64,000 nucleotides of DNA, taken from the NCBI GenBank assembly GCA_973851085.1, contig OZ316775.1, positions 5,518,001 to 5,582,000 on the forward strand, given 5' to 3'. This stretch comes from Ptychomitrium polyphyllum (lineage: Eukaryota). Positions 23,542-38,000 of this stretch are shown here, one piece after another. The position numbers and the translations under genes are program-made. The notes under the pieces were generated by a model. The model was not told the origin of the DNA. It did not search any database and was given only the letters and a program-made list of their open reading frames with translations. Every line of letters starts with the position of its first letter. Position 1 is the stretch's first letter.

Positions 23542-26021
23542 GCCCCAACACTCACCGCCCCCAAAACCTCCCTCTCTCCCTCCGACCAGACAAAGCACTC
23601 AGCTGAACGATTCAATCCTAAAGAAGTGAGCGCCGTAGTGCAGAAAACGGGACCGCACACAGACCGCAACCGGACTATGAGTGCAAAACGTCAAAACCCA
23701 AAAACCCCAAAAGCCCAGAGCGCTAGGGCTTCAATTGTTGAAGCTGAATGCAGATAAGGCAGGCTGCCCACTCGGCACAAACGAGGGAGACGACGCGCGA
23801 CCAGACGAGCTTCGGCCTTGCTCCGTCACCTTCTCGCTTTAGCGCTGGAGCTTCTAGACGCGTCCATGAGGACACAGCGGCTTCTCTGCCCTGCATGTGG
23901 ACGTCGACGGACGAGAGTGTGCGAGTTTCGTCGTCCACACCGGCTTCTGACACCTACCGTTTCGTTCGTTGCTGCGTTGCAGTTGATTGTGTCATCGACG
24001 CAGAGCTCCTTCAGCAGATACATGAGTACTAATTGCTGGGAGGCTGTTTGTTAAAGGATATCTTGAATGTAGCTGGCTGGTAGATTATATCATTCTGCAT
24101 GGATGTTTGAAATCTAGAAGTGGCCACACTTCTTTACCAACAATGATTGGTGTGTGATAGAGTGACCTTCTACGCTCTCCTATGATACCTCCTCTCAATC
24201 ATACCGTTCTTGAAGGATCTTGTTTTGCATTCATATATTTGTATTGTATATTTATATTTCTTTAAAAATTTGGATTAAAAGTAGTAGAAATATAAATCGT
24301 GACAATTAAATGGCAAAATCCATGTATCTACTTGTTTACAATGGTTGTGGCCTTTGTAAAATATATATTTAAAAAAAAATTAGAACCAAAAAATTAAAAT
24401 ATAAGATATTTTGAATAATTGTTTAGTAAGATCAATCACTAAAGTCTCATTTATTGCCTTCTATGTGCAATTAAATTAAATTAAAAAAAATTAGATTTGA
24501 TCTGCCAATGTTATTTTATATTATATCAACCTTCAATATATTTATATTTTTTTATGAAAAATTTAATTGAATTCTAATGCATTAAATCATTTAATATTTA
24601 AGAATAACACATATGATTTTTTAAGTTCATGGTTAATAAGATTTAGTAAAGAAGTTTTAGAATTTTAATTTTTGTACATCTTTGAAATCATTTGATCTTG
24701 AATAAGTAGATATTGATTGATTTTGAATATACAATTTGTAATGGATGAAATTTTAAGAGTTAACTTATCCTTTATAATATTTATAAAAATACAACAAATG
24801 AAAGCTTGAAGAATGAATCAAACTTGAATATGAAATATTTAAATTCTAAAAGTTTAATTGTTCAAAAACACTTTGTATAAGATTAGATTGCACATTGCAT
24901 TTTACATATTATTAAAATAAGGTCATTCAATTATTCATTAAAAAAAACCATCAAATTCCAAAAAATATTTATAATTTTTAATGATTTGCTTCTAAAGCTT
25001 TGATTTGATCTAAGTTACATATTTAATTGTGTTGAATATTAAATTAATACCTAAATTAATTGGTTTATAAATAATTAATTAAGTAATTACTTTTGGCTTG
25101 GCAAGCATGTCTTTTTATAGTATCTAACATCCTTGCCAAATTTTCACAATATTTCAATGCTAGAAACTAAATTTTTGTGTGTAAAAATTATAATGGATAA
25201 ATAAAAATATTTCTCTTGATTAAATGTTTTTACTCCAAAGATTTTATATGTTTACTAAAATTGAATTATAGCCTATAAAAAGCTAAGTTAAAGTTGCTAT
25301 TGTTCTTAAAGACTTATAATAGTTACTTAAAAGTGAACATGTCTCCAACTCATTAGTAGTTAATTAATTTGAGATAATGCTTGTTATGAAACAAAATGAA
25401 ATGGTAGCAAGATGATGGTAGCTAATTGTTGGTTGGCATGTGTATGTAAATGATTTACTTGTTGGAAATTAAAGTTTCTCGTAGTATTTACGGTGGTGTA
25501 AATAGTATTGTATTGTGGTAGATATAGAAAGAGAGAAAATGGGGAGAAAAAAGGGAGAAATGAAAGCCACTTAAGAGGTACATATATAATACACGGTCAA
25601 CGTGGTAGGACCAGCCCACATGTTTTGCATGGGAAGACAAGGACAAGTGGGTGTATGAGTTGGCATAAAGGAACTTGCAAGTGGCTTTGGAAAGTTACTT
25701 GCAAGATACTTGAGAAGGACCTTAAAAGGTGCTTGAGATATAAAAGAACTTGCAAGTGGCTTTGGAAAGCTACTTGCAAGATACTCGAGAAAGACCTTAA
25801 AAGGTGCTTGAGACGTCACTACGTGGTAGTATAAGTAAAGGCCTTCGAGAGAAGGCGATATCTCACTCCAAGCATTGTTTGTACTACTTTGTGTGGTTCT
25901 ATGCTTGTGCAATCTTCTTCTCTACTTCTAGTGACTTCAATAGGTTATGGACCCACTCATGTGAGTTGCGAGTGTAGAGTTTTTGTTGCAAAGTTGTTTG
26001 GAAGAGGTCTTTTGAGAGTTC

Positions 26022-26147
26022 GAGGTGCACAGTGGCTGATTTGGAGCATTGGAGGTGCACAAGGGCTGATTTTAGAGCTTTGGAGGTGCACAAAGGTTCA
26101 TTTGGAGTATTGGTGAGCACAAGGGCTGATTTGGAGCCGTAGAGGTG
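26022..26147 (+). repeat. ~30-bp degenerate tandem repeats in the Copia leader
   Basis: About four GAGGTGCACAAGGGCTGATTTGGAGC-like units, with scattered further copies to ~26600. Confidence 0.75.
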
Positions 26148-26652
26148 CATTGGAGAATTGGAGACGGCTTGAGAAGGCACAAAGAGTTGGAAGAGCGGAG
26201 GTGGAGCACATCAATGCGTTTGGACCTTGTAAGTGTTCAATCCAAGTGGATGTGTTCAATTGCTCTTCAAAAGTGCTGATTTGAGTGAATGATGTGCTTA
26301 AATGCACATTGGAGTCTAGGTGGAGCTCTTTGATGTTGTTCAAGTCCATATTTGCATGTATGAGCAAAGAAGGGGCTGATTTGATTGAAAGAGGTGCAAA
26401 GGTGTGCATTTGAGTCTAGAAGGAGTGGATTTGAGTGTTTGAGTTGTACCTTTGATCATTTGAGCTTAGAAGAGACTCGTTTGAGAAATTTGAGTGAATA
26501 CTTGCACATCAAAGCCTTGTAAGGGCTGATGTGAGTATTGTAGGTGCTTGCAAGCACGTTGGAGCCTAGAAAAGGTTCAAGTTGAGTAATTGAGGTGCCT
26601 TAGTGCACAATCAAACCTTAGAGGGGTTGATCTTGGCCATTAAAACATTGTC

Positions 26653-29600
26653 ATGGCCACATTTGAGAGTGAGAGTGCTAGAAGCATTGACAAATTCAAT
26701 GGGAAAAACTTTGGCCTTTGGAAGTTCTGCATGGAGATGGTCTTGTTGTCCATGGACCCTTGGGATATTGTGGAGGAGACTGAGGAACCCCACGCAAGTG
26801 ATGAAGATCCAAAGGTGATAAAGGAGTACAATTGCCGCGTTAAAAAGGCCTTGTCCGTCATTGGATTGAATTTGGTGGATGCCCAACTTGCGCACATCAA
26901 GAGTTGCAAAGGACCTGCGGAAGCATGGAAGGCATTGTGCAATATCCTTGAAACAAAGAGCTTGTCCAACATCCTCTTTGTTCGCCGCAAGTTCTTCACC
27001 ATCAAGATGCAAGAAGGTGATGACTTGATGGACCACATCAACTATGTAAGGGAGCTTGCGAATCAGCTCACATCCTTCGAGGTCCTCGTAAGAGAAGAAG
27101 ATGTTGTGATGACGTTGCTTGAGAGTTTGCCGCCGTCATTTGAGAACTTAATCATTGCCTTGGAGATGTTACAATTGAAGGACCTCACCTTGGAGTTTGT
27201 AACGGCGAAAATGATGCATGAAGTGAATAAGCGCAAGGAGAAGGGGAGCCATGGCGATGATGCGGCCTTGTATTCAAAGCAAACCAAAAGAAGCAGCTCA
27301 TCTTCAGGTGGAGAATTAAGGTTGTGTTACAATTGTAGCAAGTCGGGCCACCTTGCACGAAATTGCACCAAACCAAAGAAGTGGGAGTACGACAACGCAA
27401 ACCAAGCAAAGGACAAGGAGAATGCCAACCATGCAAAGGAGGATGATGACTACGCCTTTACTACTCAAGATGGTCCTCATTCCAAGTCCACGTCCAAGTG
27501 GATCATGGATTTGGGCGCCACGAAGCACATGACACCTCATAGGGTGATATTTGACACATATGAGGTATTTAGTCCACGCAACGTGCATTTGGGTGATGAT
27601 AGTGTTGTGGACGCCATTGGAATAGGTTCCATTGTTGTATAAGTCTTTGTGAGAGGCCATTCAAAGAAGGTCACAATCAAGGACACACTCCACGTGCCCA
27701 AGTTGCAAGCAAACTTGCTCTTGGTGAGCAAGCTTGTGTCAAGTGGGTTGAAGGTGCAATTCAATGTGCATGGGTGCACATTGAGGGCACCAAATGGCGA
27801 TGTACTTGCGGTAATTCCTCGTCAAGACAACTTGTACCAAGTTACCTTTACAAAGGTGCATGAGGCGAATGCAGCCAACATAGCACAATTGTCAACAATG
27901 AGTGGTGCAATGGAGCTTTGGCATCGCCGACTTGGTCATTTGAATGTGAGAAGTGTGCGTTTTCTTGCAAGCATGGTAAGCGGCATGACCCTTGGTAAGG
28001 ATGAATCATCTGTACCAATTTGAGAAGGGTATGTGCAAGGCAAACAACATAGAGCACCATTTCCAAAGGATGGAGGCACGCGTGCTATAAAACCTTTGGA
28101 GATTGTGCATTCGGATGTGAGTGGCCCGATGAGGACCACTTCCATTGGTGGTGCAAGGTATTTTGTGACCTTCATTGATGACTTTTCGAGGAGGGTGTAG
28201 TTGTACACATTGAAGACGAAGGGGGAGTGCCTTGAGAAGTTTAAGGAATTCAAGGCACTTATGGAGACACAATCAGAGCACAAGATCAAGGCGTTTCGAT
28301 CAAACAATGGTGGGGAGTTCATATCCAAGGCCTTTTGACGCTTTTTGAAGAACCGCGGCATCGAGAGGCAATCATCAATACCTTACACGCCAGAGCAAAA
28401 CGGAGTGGCGGAGCGTGCGAATCGCACCATTGTGGAGATGGCAAGAAGCACGATTCATGCCCAATGCTTTAAGCTCTTGTTTTGGACGGAAGCAGTGTCC
28501 AATACGGTATACATTTGTAATCGGTGTCTTATAAGGGCGCTTGTCACCGTTACACCATAAGAGGCTTGGAATGGCCGCAAGCCATGCATTGCATACATGC
28601 GCGTGTTTGGTTGCATTGCATTTGCAAAGGTGTCAGATGCAAAGAGGGGTAAACTCGATGTTAAAGGAATCAAGTGTTTATTTCTTGGATATTGCAAGGG
28701 AACCAAGGCATATCGCCTCATGTGTGTTGAAACACGGAAGATCATTAGAAGTTGTGATGTAGTGTTTGATGAGGATAGCACTAGCGTTGGTCATGATTTG
28801 GAGATGAGCCCAAATAAGAGTAGTGATACGCCTTTGTTGGTTTTGGTGGACGAATCTTCAAAACCAACTTCTTCACACAAGAGTGATGATGATACCAAGA
28901 AGGAAGAGTCGGTGGACGACGAACAAGATGTAGCACCTTCACCAACATCCATACAAAGTGAAGGCCTAGAGGTCAAATCCAGACAAGAACCTCGGTTTCC
29001 AACGAGGGAACGACGTCCACTTGGAGAGTGGTGGAAGAACCACATCTTACCACAATATGAAGAAGAACGGGCCAATGTGGCCACTCTCGACGATCCATTG
29101 AATGTAAGCGAAGCAATGAGATCGGAAGATGCGAGCAAGTGGAAGGTGGCCATGCAAGAGGAGTATGACTCACTCATGGCAAATGAGACGTGGGAGTTGG
29201 CTCCGCTTCCAAGGGTCATAAGAGTGTTGGGTGCAAGTGGGTCTTTTGTATGAAGAAAGACGCTTCAGGTGAAGTGGTACGCCCCAAGGCACGATTGGTG
29301 GCCAAGGGATTTTCTCAAGTTGCGGGAGTCAACTTCCTTGAAACCTTTGCTCCCGTGGCCAAGTTCAACACCATTTGGTGCATCCTTGCATTTGGAGCGG
29401 TGTTGGATTTGGAGATCCATCAAATGGATGTGAAGACCGCATTCTTGAATGGCGAGTTGGAGGACGACATCTACATGAGTCAACCGCAAGGATTTGAAGA
29501 GAAGGGCTTTGAGCATCTTGCATGCAAGCTCAAGAAGTTGTTGTACGGACTCAAGCAATCACCAAGAGCATGGTACCAATGGATTGATTTCTTCTTCACC

Positions 29601-30608
29601 AAGGAGGGCTTCACAAGGAGCAAAGCGGATCATTCCTTGTACATCAAGCAAACGGGTGAGTACTTGTTGATAGTGCTCATCTATGTGGACGACTTGATCA
29701 TCTTGGCTAGCCTTTTGGCAAAGTTGGTATGGCTTAAGGCCAAACTCAATGCGGAATTTATGATGAGTGATTTTGGGGAGTTGATGTATTGCTTGGAAGT
29801 GGAATTTGAGAGGGATCGCAAGGCACACACCATCACCATGAGCCAAAGGAAATACATCAAGGAGGTGTTGAAGCGCTTCAACATGGAGGAGTGCAAGTCC
29901 ATTGGTACGCCACTTGATGTGAATGTCAAGTTGTTGAAGCTTTCGGTAGAGGAGTTTGAGGCCATCAAAGGTGAGATGGAAGGCGTGCAATACAAGTCTG
30001 GTGTTGGCTCATTGATGTATGCCATGGTGGCTACACAAACTGACCTTGCGTTTGCGGTGAGCATGGTGAGCCAATTCATGTCTAGGGCTGGTCTGGCACA
30101 TTGGAGTGCGGTGAAGCGCATCATGCGGTACTTGTAAAGTACCATGGACTACAAGTTGTGCCTTGGTGGTAAAGAGCTTGCCTTGAGGGGGTATTGCAAT
30201 GCGGATTGGGCCAAAGATGCAAACAAGCGTCGTTCAACAACCGGATACGTGTTTTTTGTTGGAGTTGGTGTGATCTCGTGGAATTGTATGAGGCAACCTA
30301 CAATTGCGTTGTCTACAACAGAGGCGGAGTACATGGCCATTAGCCAAAGCACCAAGGAGGCCATTTGGCTTCGAAAGTTTTTGGCGGATGTGGGGTTTGT
30401 GCAAGAAGATGCCACAACCATCATGTGCGACAACCAAGGATGCATCGCACTTGCAAAGAACTCCACACACCACTCACGCACAAAGCAAATCGATGTGCAA
30501 CACCACTTCATTTGCGAGAAATTGGAGAGCGGCGAGATAAGCTTGAAGTATTGCCCGACGGAAGACATGGTTGCTGACATGTTGACAAAGGTACTCGCAA
30601 AGGATTGA
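26653..30608 (+). pseudogene. Copia gag-pol polyprotein (Gag, CCHC, protease, GAG-pre-integrase, integrase, RT, RNase H) with in-frame stops and a frameshift
   Basis: IDKFNGKNFGLWK; CYNCSKSGHLARNC; WIMDLGATKHM; LWHRRLGH; YTPEQNGVAERANRTI; QMDVKTAFLNG; YGLKQSPRAW; IYVDDLII; IALSTTEAEY; DNQGCIALA. Integrase precedes RT. Confidence 0.95.
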
Positions 30609-31288
30609 CATCAACAGCTGGCAAAGGAAATGGGATTGCAAGAAGGTAACTACTTGCAAAGTGGGAGTGTTGGAGATTAGAGTTGCTTGTAGTATTTACG
30701 GTGGTGTAAATAGTATTGTATTGTGGTAGATATAGAAGGATTAAAAATGGGGAGAAACGGGGGAGAGGTGAAAGCCACTTAAGAGGTACATATATGGTAT
30801 ACGGTCAACGTGGTAGGACCAACTCACATGTCTTGCATGGGAAGGCAAGGACAAGTGGGTGTATGAGTTGGCATAAAGGAACTTGCAAGTGGCTTTGGAA
30901 AGTTACTTGCAAGATACTAGAGAAGGACTTTAAAAGGTGCTTGAGATGTCACTACGTGGTAGTATAAGTAAAGGCCTTTGAGAGAAGGCAATATCTCACT
31001 TCAAGCATTGTTTGTACTACTTTGTGTGGTTCTATGCTTGTGCAATCTTCTTCTCTACTTCTAATGACTTCAATATTACTCTACCAACAAATATAAGAGT
31101 CCTATGAAGTTTTTTCAAAATTTACAAGAAAATGATAACAAACATTTCAAACTTTTTATAAAGTGGATCCAAGCCACTAATTGTAAGTTCTAATTGTGGA
31201 GGTTTTTAGCCATGTGAAATTACCGTTGCAAATATGTTAAATCGCTTAAATTGTTGGTAATAGTGCCCAATACCTTAAGTTAATTGGT

Positions 31289-31357
31289 TCAAGACTTGTG
31301 AATGAACCCTGTCAAGACTTGTGAATGAACCCTGTCAAAGCTTGGAAATGAACTCTA
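31289..31357 (+). repeat. 23-bp tandem repeat (2 exact copies plus 1 degenerate)
   Basis: TCAAGACTTGTGAATGAACCCTG x2, then TCAAAGCTTGGAAATGAACTCTA. Confidence 0.8.
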
Positions 31358-34300
31358 TCATTGCAACATGCATGTTGTTGAATGCAGTAGCACGACTGTA
31401 GACAGCAAAGTCAGGACTTTGAATCTGAATCTATTCTAGTAAATTTGATGAGCTGTTGGATGCCAAGTGATGACCTCAAACGTGCACCTACCACATTCTG
31501 ATTGTAGACAGCAATTTGAAAGCTCTTAACACCAGGTGACTTTGAGTGAGGGTTCTTTTAATTACTTGGAAATAAGAGAACATTGGTTCTTAGGTTACCA
31601 CTGCAATATGAAGCAAACACATTGAAAATTGAAGTTAAAAGAAGTAATTGTAGTAGCATCAGTAGGAAGTTTAGAAGTTTAGAAAATAGAAGTTAAAAGG
31701 AACGTGGCCAATGACAATAAGGGAAACGAAATTGAAATCAAGTGCATGCATTTTTTGTCATGGCATCAAAAAAGAGTAATTCACCACAAATCTTACAAAC
31801 CAGGTATGGACATCATTAATCACAAAACATAGCAACATTTATAACCATCTTGAATGTGGCTAACAAGCTTCAAAGTTAATCAGCTCATCTATTCCCACAC
31901 CAAAGCGCAGTGACATGTCTGAGTTCTGCATATTCAGGATAGTTTTCCAACTGAAATGAAATGTTGTTTCCCCCTAGATGTGCAGACCCTTGAGAACCAA
32001 ATGCAATGCTACGGACCATAAATTATTGGATCATTGGAAAGAAGCCTCAAATTCTACAATCTTATGAATTTGTGCACTTTTGAGAATCAAGAATAACTAA
32101 CAAGAATAGATAGGTTTATTATTACAGCATGTCATACTTGTGAGTCTATCACCAACACTTGTGCTTTCTAAAGGAAGAACTTATCATTTCATACAAAAGT
32201 TTGGAGGTCCATACTGTAGTTCCTAACATGACAACCTCACAGTATCTTTGTAGCACCAGGGACTCACAAGGTCACAGCTCCAACGCTCAAAACACAACAA
32301 TAATTCAGCAAGAGATCTGGGAAATGACTACACTACAAATGGTGTTTAATATCATAAGCATTTACTGTCTTGGTATATTTCTTTACAATGGACATTATTT
32401 ACAAACAATTAAAAATGCCTTGTTCTACTTAAAAGTTTTGTCAACATTTAGTGCTGGTAGCACTGCCACTAATTTTGTGGTTTAAATTTAGTACTACACC
32501 ATCAGATAATTAGAGTTCTTGACACTACATACCATTTTTCGTATGCATGCAATCTTCGTACAGTGGTCACGGCCACCCATCACATCCTAGTGATCAAATG
32601 AAAGTTTCAGCTTTTGCCAATGGTCTTCATCCAGATAATGCCGACACAGGAACTAACATGACGATAAACTGGATGCCAGAACCACAACCGATCGCGTCGG
32701 GGAGTGTCACCGGGAAAGCCGGTCCAGAACCAGCAATAACCTAAAATCAACGACGTCCAGGCCTTGACCCCAGGAGATGCCAGAACTACAACCGATCTAC
32801 TCCCGAAGGAATGTTACGGGTGAAGCTGGTGTAGAACCGGAGACGACCGGGAGCGAACGAAGGCAGGGTCTTCAGACCAGGTGGGATCTCCTTCATTAAG
32901 CGTGCCAAGATTCGAGTACACGGAAGACCCGACCCCAAGTCTGTCTTTGCCATACCGTCCAGCCTGAAGAAGCTCGGAGGCGATCACCGGTACATCCAGT
33001 CATTTCAACGGATACCTAGACGACATCCGCGAAATAACGCAATGACACAGTAGTCATAGCTTTTACTCATGCGGGTATCTGAGAAAATATAAACAACAGG
33101 GTCGTTGACAGCCCGTTGAGGCTGCGCTGGCAATTTAGGAGCCTGGAGCATTACCACACCCAGTGTTCTCGACGGACACCAAGACGACATCCGTGTAATA
33201 CTCGTGTAATACTCCGCATATACCTGGATGATGCCATCATGATACTTAGGAGGGTATCTTCGAAAATGCTCACGATGTAAGCCTGTTGAGGTTCCTTGTG
33301 TGTGCAGAGTGCTGAGCGTCTTTTGCGATGGAGAAGCGGTCCTGTGGGTTAATTCTCATGTGCTTGCTTGCAATCTCTGCGGAAATCTCACTTCAGTGCC
33401 CTCGGATTCTTTCCGCTGCTTGCAGTGCCGTCTCGTGCATTAGCCACTGCCGGAGCACTGCTGCCATTGGTCAGTTCACCGGCAACGAGCCGTGAGTGTA
33501 TTCTCTTGCGCCAGCCTTGCCGAGTCGTTGCTTCAGCGAGTCAGGGTTTCAGGAAGTCGTCTACGCATCGCGTCTCGTATCGGGCTCCGAGTGTCCTCCG
33601 TTGATCCCGCGCGAGGTGAACCGCTCTGTCTGGTGGCACCTTTTGTGAAAGTTTTTTGTGGAAGTTTTGCGGAAGGAGCTGTGAGTAATGATGGCTGGTA
33701 CAGGGGAATGAACAGCGGCGGGAGCGTGTGAAGTTGTTTGGAGATTGATCTGGTTTTTTTGTAGTTTTGGTTGCGTTTTTTAGTGTCATGAAGATGTTTC
33801 CGTGTGCTTGAGAAGGTAAGGTTAGGTGCGGGTGGACGTGATCCGAGATTCGGGAGAGGTGTATTGGCTGGGGAGGGTGATTGTTTGCAGAAGTAGGCGG
33901 GTTGAGTTTTTTAGTTGCGCCCTGGAGTTTTTAAGTTGCGTCGTGGACGAGCTCTGGTGTTGGATTGAGTTTGTAGTTAATGGATGGAGTACCTATCGTT
34001 GGTTTGGCTTAGGATTGATATTCTTGCGAATTTCTTAAATTTCTGGTGTTGTTGCGGAAGTTACTTTCTGTTTCTCTTAATTGCATTCAGGACTGGATGT
34101 TTCCGAGTGAGACAGAAAAATTTCTCTTGTAGTTCCGGTTTCTGTGCTTCCATGGTTCTTATTCTTCTTCGGCGTTTCATTTCAATTGCAGAAATTCAAG
34201 CGCGTACAATGGCTGCTGACTTCCTTTAGTTTTATTTTAATTTTCATTCTCTTTTATTTTGTCAAGAGTTGAAACAGGGAGAACTAAACCCAGAGTCCGA

Positions 34301-35049
34301 TTTACCTCTGTCAGAGCTTTAGGTTACCAGTTGTCACGATTCAGCGGTTTGTGTTGTGCGGTAAACACTGAAGGGATACAGGCTTTCTTTAATTCAGGTT
34401 ATAAGGTCATGGTTGCTTGTGAGGACAGCACCTTGGATTTATCCGAATCAGGTTTTTCTCTAGAAGGGGAATCGATTGTAAGAGTGCCGAGGGGAGGAGG
34501 TTCAAGAATGAGTTTGGAAGCCTGGTGATGTTCCTCCTTTGAAAGACATAAGCAAACATATCAGAGCAAAGACAGACAGGAATTTAGAAGATTAGGTACA
34601 GGATTCCAGAATTGCCGAGTTGGAAGGGCATATGAGTTGCGATTGAGAAATCTCGAAGCATGTATTAGACCTCGTCTGAAAATCTGCTTCTTGCTTCCAA
34701 CCGAGTTCTGGTGATCGTAGAAAAGAAGATGATGTTTTACGAGCTTGTGAAGCCAGGGACTTTGGTGGGAAGAGGAGCTTGAAGAAGCTTCTGCTTGCTA
34801 ATGATTTTTGGTGCTTTTTGTTTTTCGTGGCCAGATCATTGAGGACCGTATTGCTATGATTGAAAATCAAAGTCGGGTCGAATTAGGAACAACATGTATT
34901 GGTGGATATGCACAAGTGAGAACTTCCGAGGATGGGAAAAGGAAGCAGTAGGTTTCTGGCGCAATTAAAACATGCTTGCGGATGAGAATGGGCAACGATT
35001 AGCAGGATCTCAGGAGAAGCTGTGTAGGAGCTGTGTATGATTCCAGAGG

Positions 35050-38000
35050 ATGATGGAACAATTAGTGAACTTTGTGATACGGCCTCCGAGGTAACCTTCT
35101 CAATTCAAAACATTTATGTAGTCTGTCTTATGACAGCTCAACAGAGTGCTCGTTCTTATTTGTTGGTCAGCAACTTTTTCACTACAGTATCTTGCTTGAG
35201 AAGGTAAAGAAATAATTTGGTTCTTTGCGACCTTTTTCCTAATGAGTTTGTCTTGGCAATGGAGTTGTGTTCTACTTGTTCATTGGTTTAAAAAAGTGTC
35301 TAGGCCTTTTGTAATTCTGTTCTCACTTATGATGATGGGAATCCTGAGCAAAGTAGGTTGCAAGTATCGACGGTGGCTTGCTTTTAGAGGTCTGAATGCA
35401 AATGTGAAGTTGCAGCATGTTGATCTCAAGCTTTACTTCATACATGTATAAATACTACTGTTCTGATAATAATTTGAAATAGTGATGTTTAGTCTCGCCT
35501 CTTATAATGATAGTCATCTTTCTATTAGCGTCTGATGGATTTTGCAAGCTCTAAAAATGTTTTATGAACGCGCTCGTTATCGATGCAGAGCGAATTACAG
35601 CGAATCTCTGGACTTACTCGAGCAGGAATTTTTGCTGAAAGGTCGGAAGTATATGCGAAAAGATCTTCAGGTTAATGCTATTTTCAACTTGGTTAATTTC
35701 ATATTCACATATAAAAGTCTGCTCGTGAAGACTCATCGTATTCTGTATTTTAAATTTAGAAACGGGACCTTTTAGTTAATGCTGCGTGGTTATTTTAGTG
35801 TTTACCATGGTGATGGTTTATATCATATATCGTACCTCCTTTCCTTCAGGAGGTCTTGCAGATTTTGTTTTGCACCTTAAGAGATCTCTTTACTTCTGTC
35901 ATGTTTTGTTTAGTTTTCCTCGAGCAACCTTATCAAAAGCTAACGTCTGGTTACCTGGCATTTGCAGGTTATAAACAGTAGAGGACATGTGTTGCAATGT
36001 AGTCACTATATGCCCCATTCTCCTCCCAAAGATGAAGCGCTTCCTTGCGTTATTTACTGTCATGGCAACAGGTTAGACACAACTGTGTACTAGCAGACTT
36101 TTAACATTACATTGAATGCTTCATGAGTGCTTGCCATATTGTTTTGCTTTTGTATTTGATTTGTTTTTTTTTTTATAGACTTTTCCTCATCCACAGGGTA
36201 ATGCTCATTGGTGCAGACTTCTAGTTACTTGGTGGGTTTGACAGTGTGAAGTAAAATACTAGCAAGGATAAACAGTCAGCGGTATGTGCTACGCTTGAAG
36301 TTTTATTTTCTGGTGTCTGACCTTTTATGTGTGTTAATGAGATGTATGGACATTGCGTTAATGTACAGTGGATGCCGAGCCGATGCAAATGAAGCAGCCA
36401 TTATACTCCTACCATGTAACATAACTGTTTTTACGTTAGACTTCTCAGGCTCGGGCTTATCTGACGGTAATTATGTCAGCTTGGGTTGGAATGAGGTAAG
36501 AGTCCTCTGTTAACTCCCCCTTTTTTGATGAATCTCCACTACATTGTTGTCTTCCTTTTGACAACAGTGTCCCTATTATGGACGTGCAAAGTCCCTTTTA
36601 AGGTCAATTGCAAGTGTGATATAAGTTTGTTTCCTGAGGCTACGTGACTTCGTAGCATGCAATAATACTTTGTTAGCTGTCCTCAAGATGTTAGGGGTGT
36701 TACTGAAAACAATTTTAGAGTGGAAGCAGTCTATCAAATCATCCGCTGGGCATATCTATGACGACAGAACTAATTGCATTAATGTCTATGCCATAAACAG
36801 ACAGACGATTTAAAAGCAGTTGTGAATCACTTGCGGACCAATGAGCTAGTCTCTCGGATAGGTTTGTGGGGTCGGTCCATGGGAGCTGTTACCTGGTATA
36901 GCATTCGTCACGCCCTTTGCCTATAGGATATTGTAGTGTGAATTACGCTCTACATAGTGAAATGGCCTTTGTGACCAGTGTCAACAAATTTTGCAGTTTG
37001 AGTTTTTGCGTTTGGCCTGTGTGTTTTGAAGTTTGTGTCGCAGCTGTGTTGAATACTTATTGTAGGAACTGTGTGAGCACACTGTAATACTTTTTAATCG
37101 ATCACTGCAGTCTTATGTACGGAGCTCAAGACCCTTCCATAGCTGGCATGGTCCTGGACAGTCCTTTTGCAAATCTTAACATCCTCATGATGGAACTTGT
37201 CGATGTATACAAGATTCGCCTTCCAAAATTCACGGTATTGATGGATCTAACATGACACCTAGTGTTAATGTTTTACACGTTCAACCACGTTCAAGATTCA
37301 TAAGTAAAGGGTATCTTTTGAATTATTTTTTTGTAAGTAGCGAGCAACGATCACTGATTTTGTTAGGTTCTCTAGGACAGTAATTCTTCCTGCTTGAGCA
37401 GCACAAGTGTGGGCTACTAGTATTGTTGATGCATGATATTTGCATGCAGGTAAAGGTGGCTGTGCAATACATGCGAAAGGCTATTCAGAAGAAGGCTCAT
37501 TTTGATATAATGGACCTTGACACTGTCCAGGTTGATCTCAAAAGTACCATACTGAAGGGAAATTTTACATCTTTCTGACCTCATTGTTAAGGCTGTACAT
37601 TAGTATAAACCTGTACACTAAAAGCAAAACAAATGTTGAAAGCATCCAACACAGTAGTTGTGTATCCCATGGTGTTTTTTGAAAACTAATAGCTCTGACA
37701 TGGATCTTTTAGAGGATGGTCTAATTTCCAGATGCATGTCATTCTATATAAGTCGGGGTCAATAATCGTTCTGTTGTCACAATAAAGCTGAATAGGTCAT
37801 GCTGCGGGTTTCATAGTTTTAGCTGTTAACTAGAGAACTCATAAGTGGTTTTTGGTTTTTATTTTTCAGTTTTTTAATATTATCATTAGGGACTGATTTT
37901 CGCCATTGATATCTTTCAGGTGGCCAAAACATCATTTATTCCGGCTCTTTTTGGGCATGCAACAGATGATGCATTTATACAACCTCATCATTCTGACCTC

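Larger units (their letters stand above)
25460..31075 (+). mobile_element. Full-length Ty1/Copia LTR retrotransposon, disabled
   Basis: LTRs 25460-25942 and 30668-31075 (TGTTGG...CAATA), TSD TTACT at 25455-25459 and 31076-31080, PBS GGTTATGGACCCA at 25943, PPT AAAGTGGGAG before the 3' LTR. Confidence 0.96.

Noticed and set aside
25508..25912. ORFs at 25508-25834 and 25571-25912 (and 30716-30967)
   Set aside because: They lie within the Copia LTRs and are incidental.
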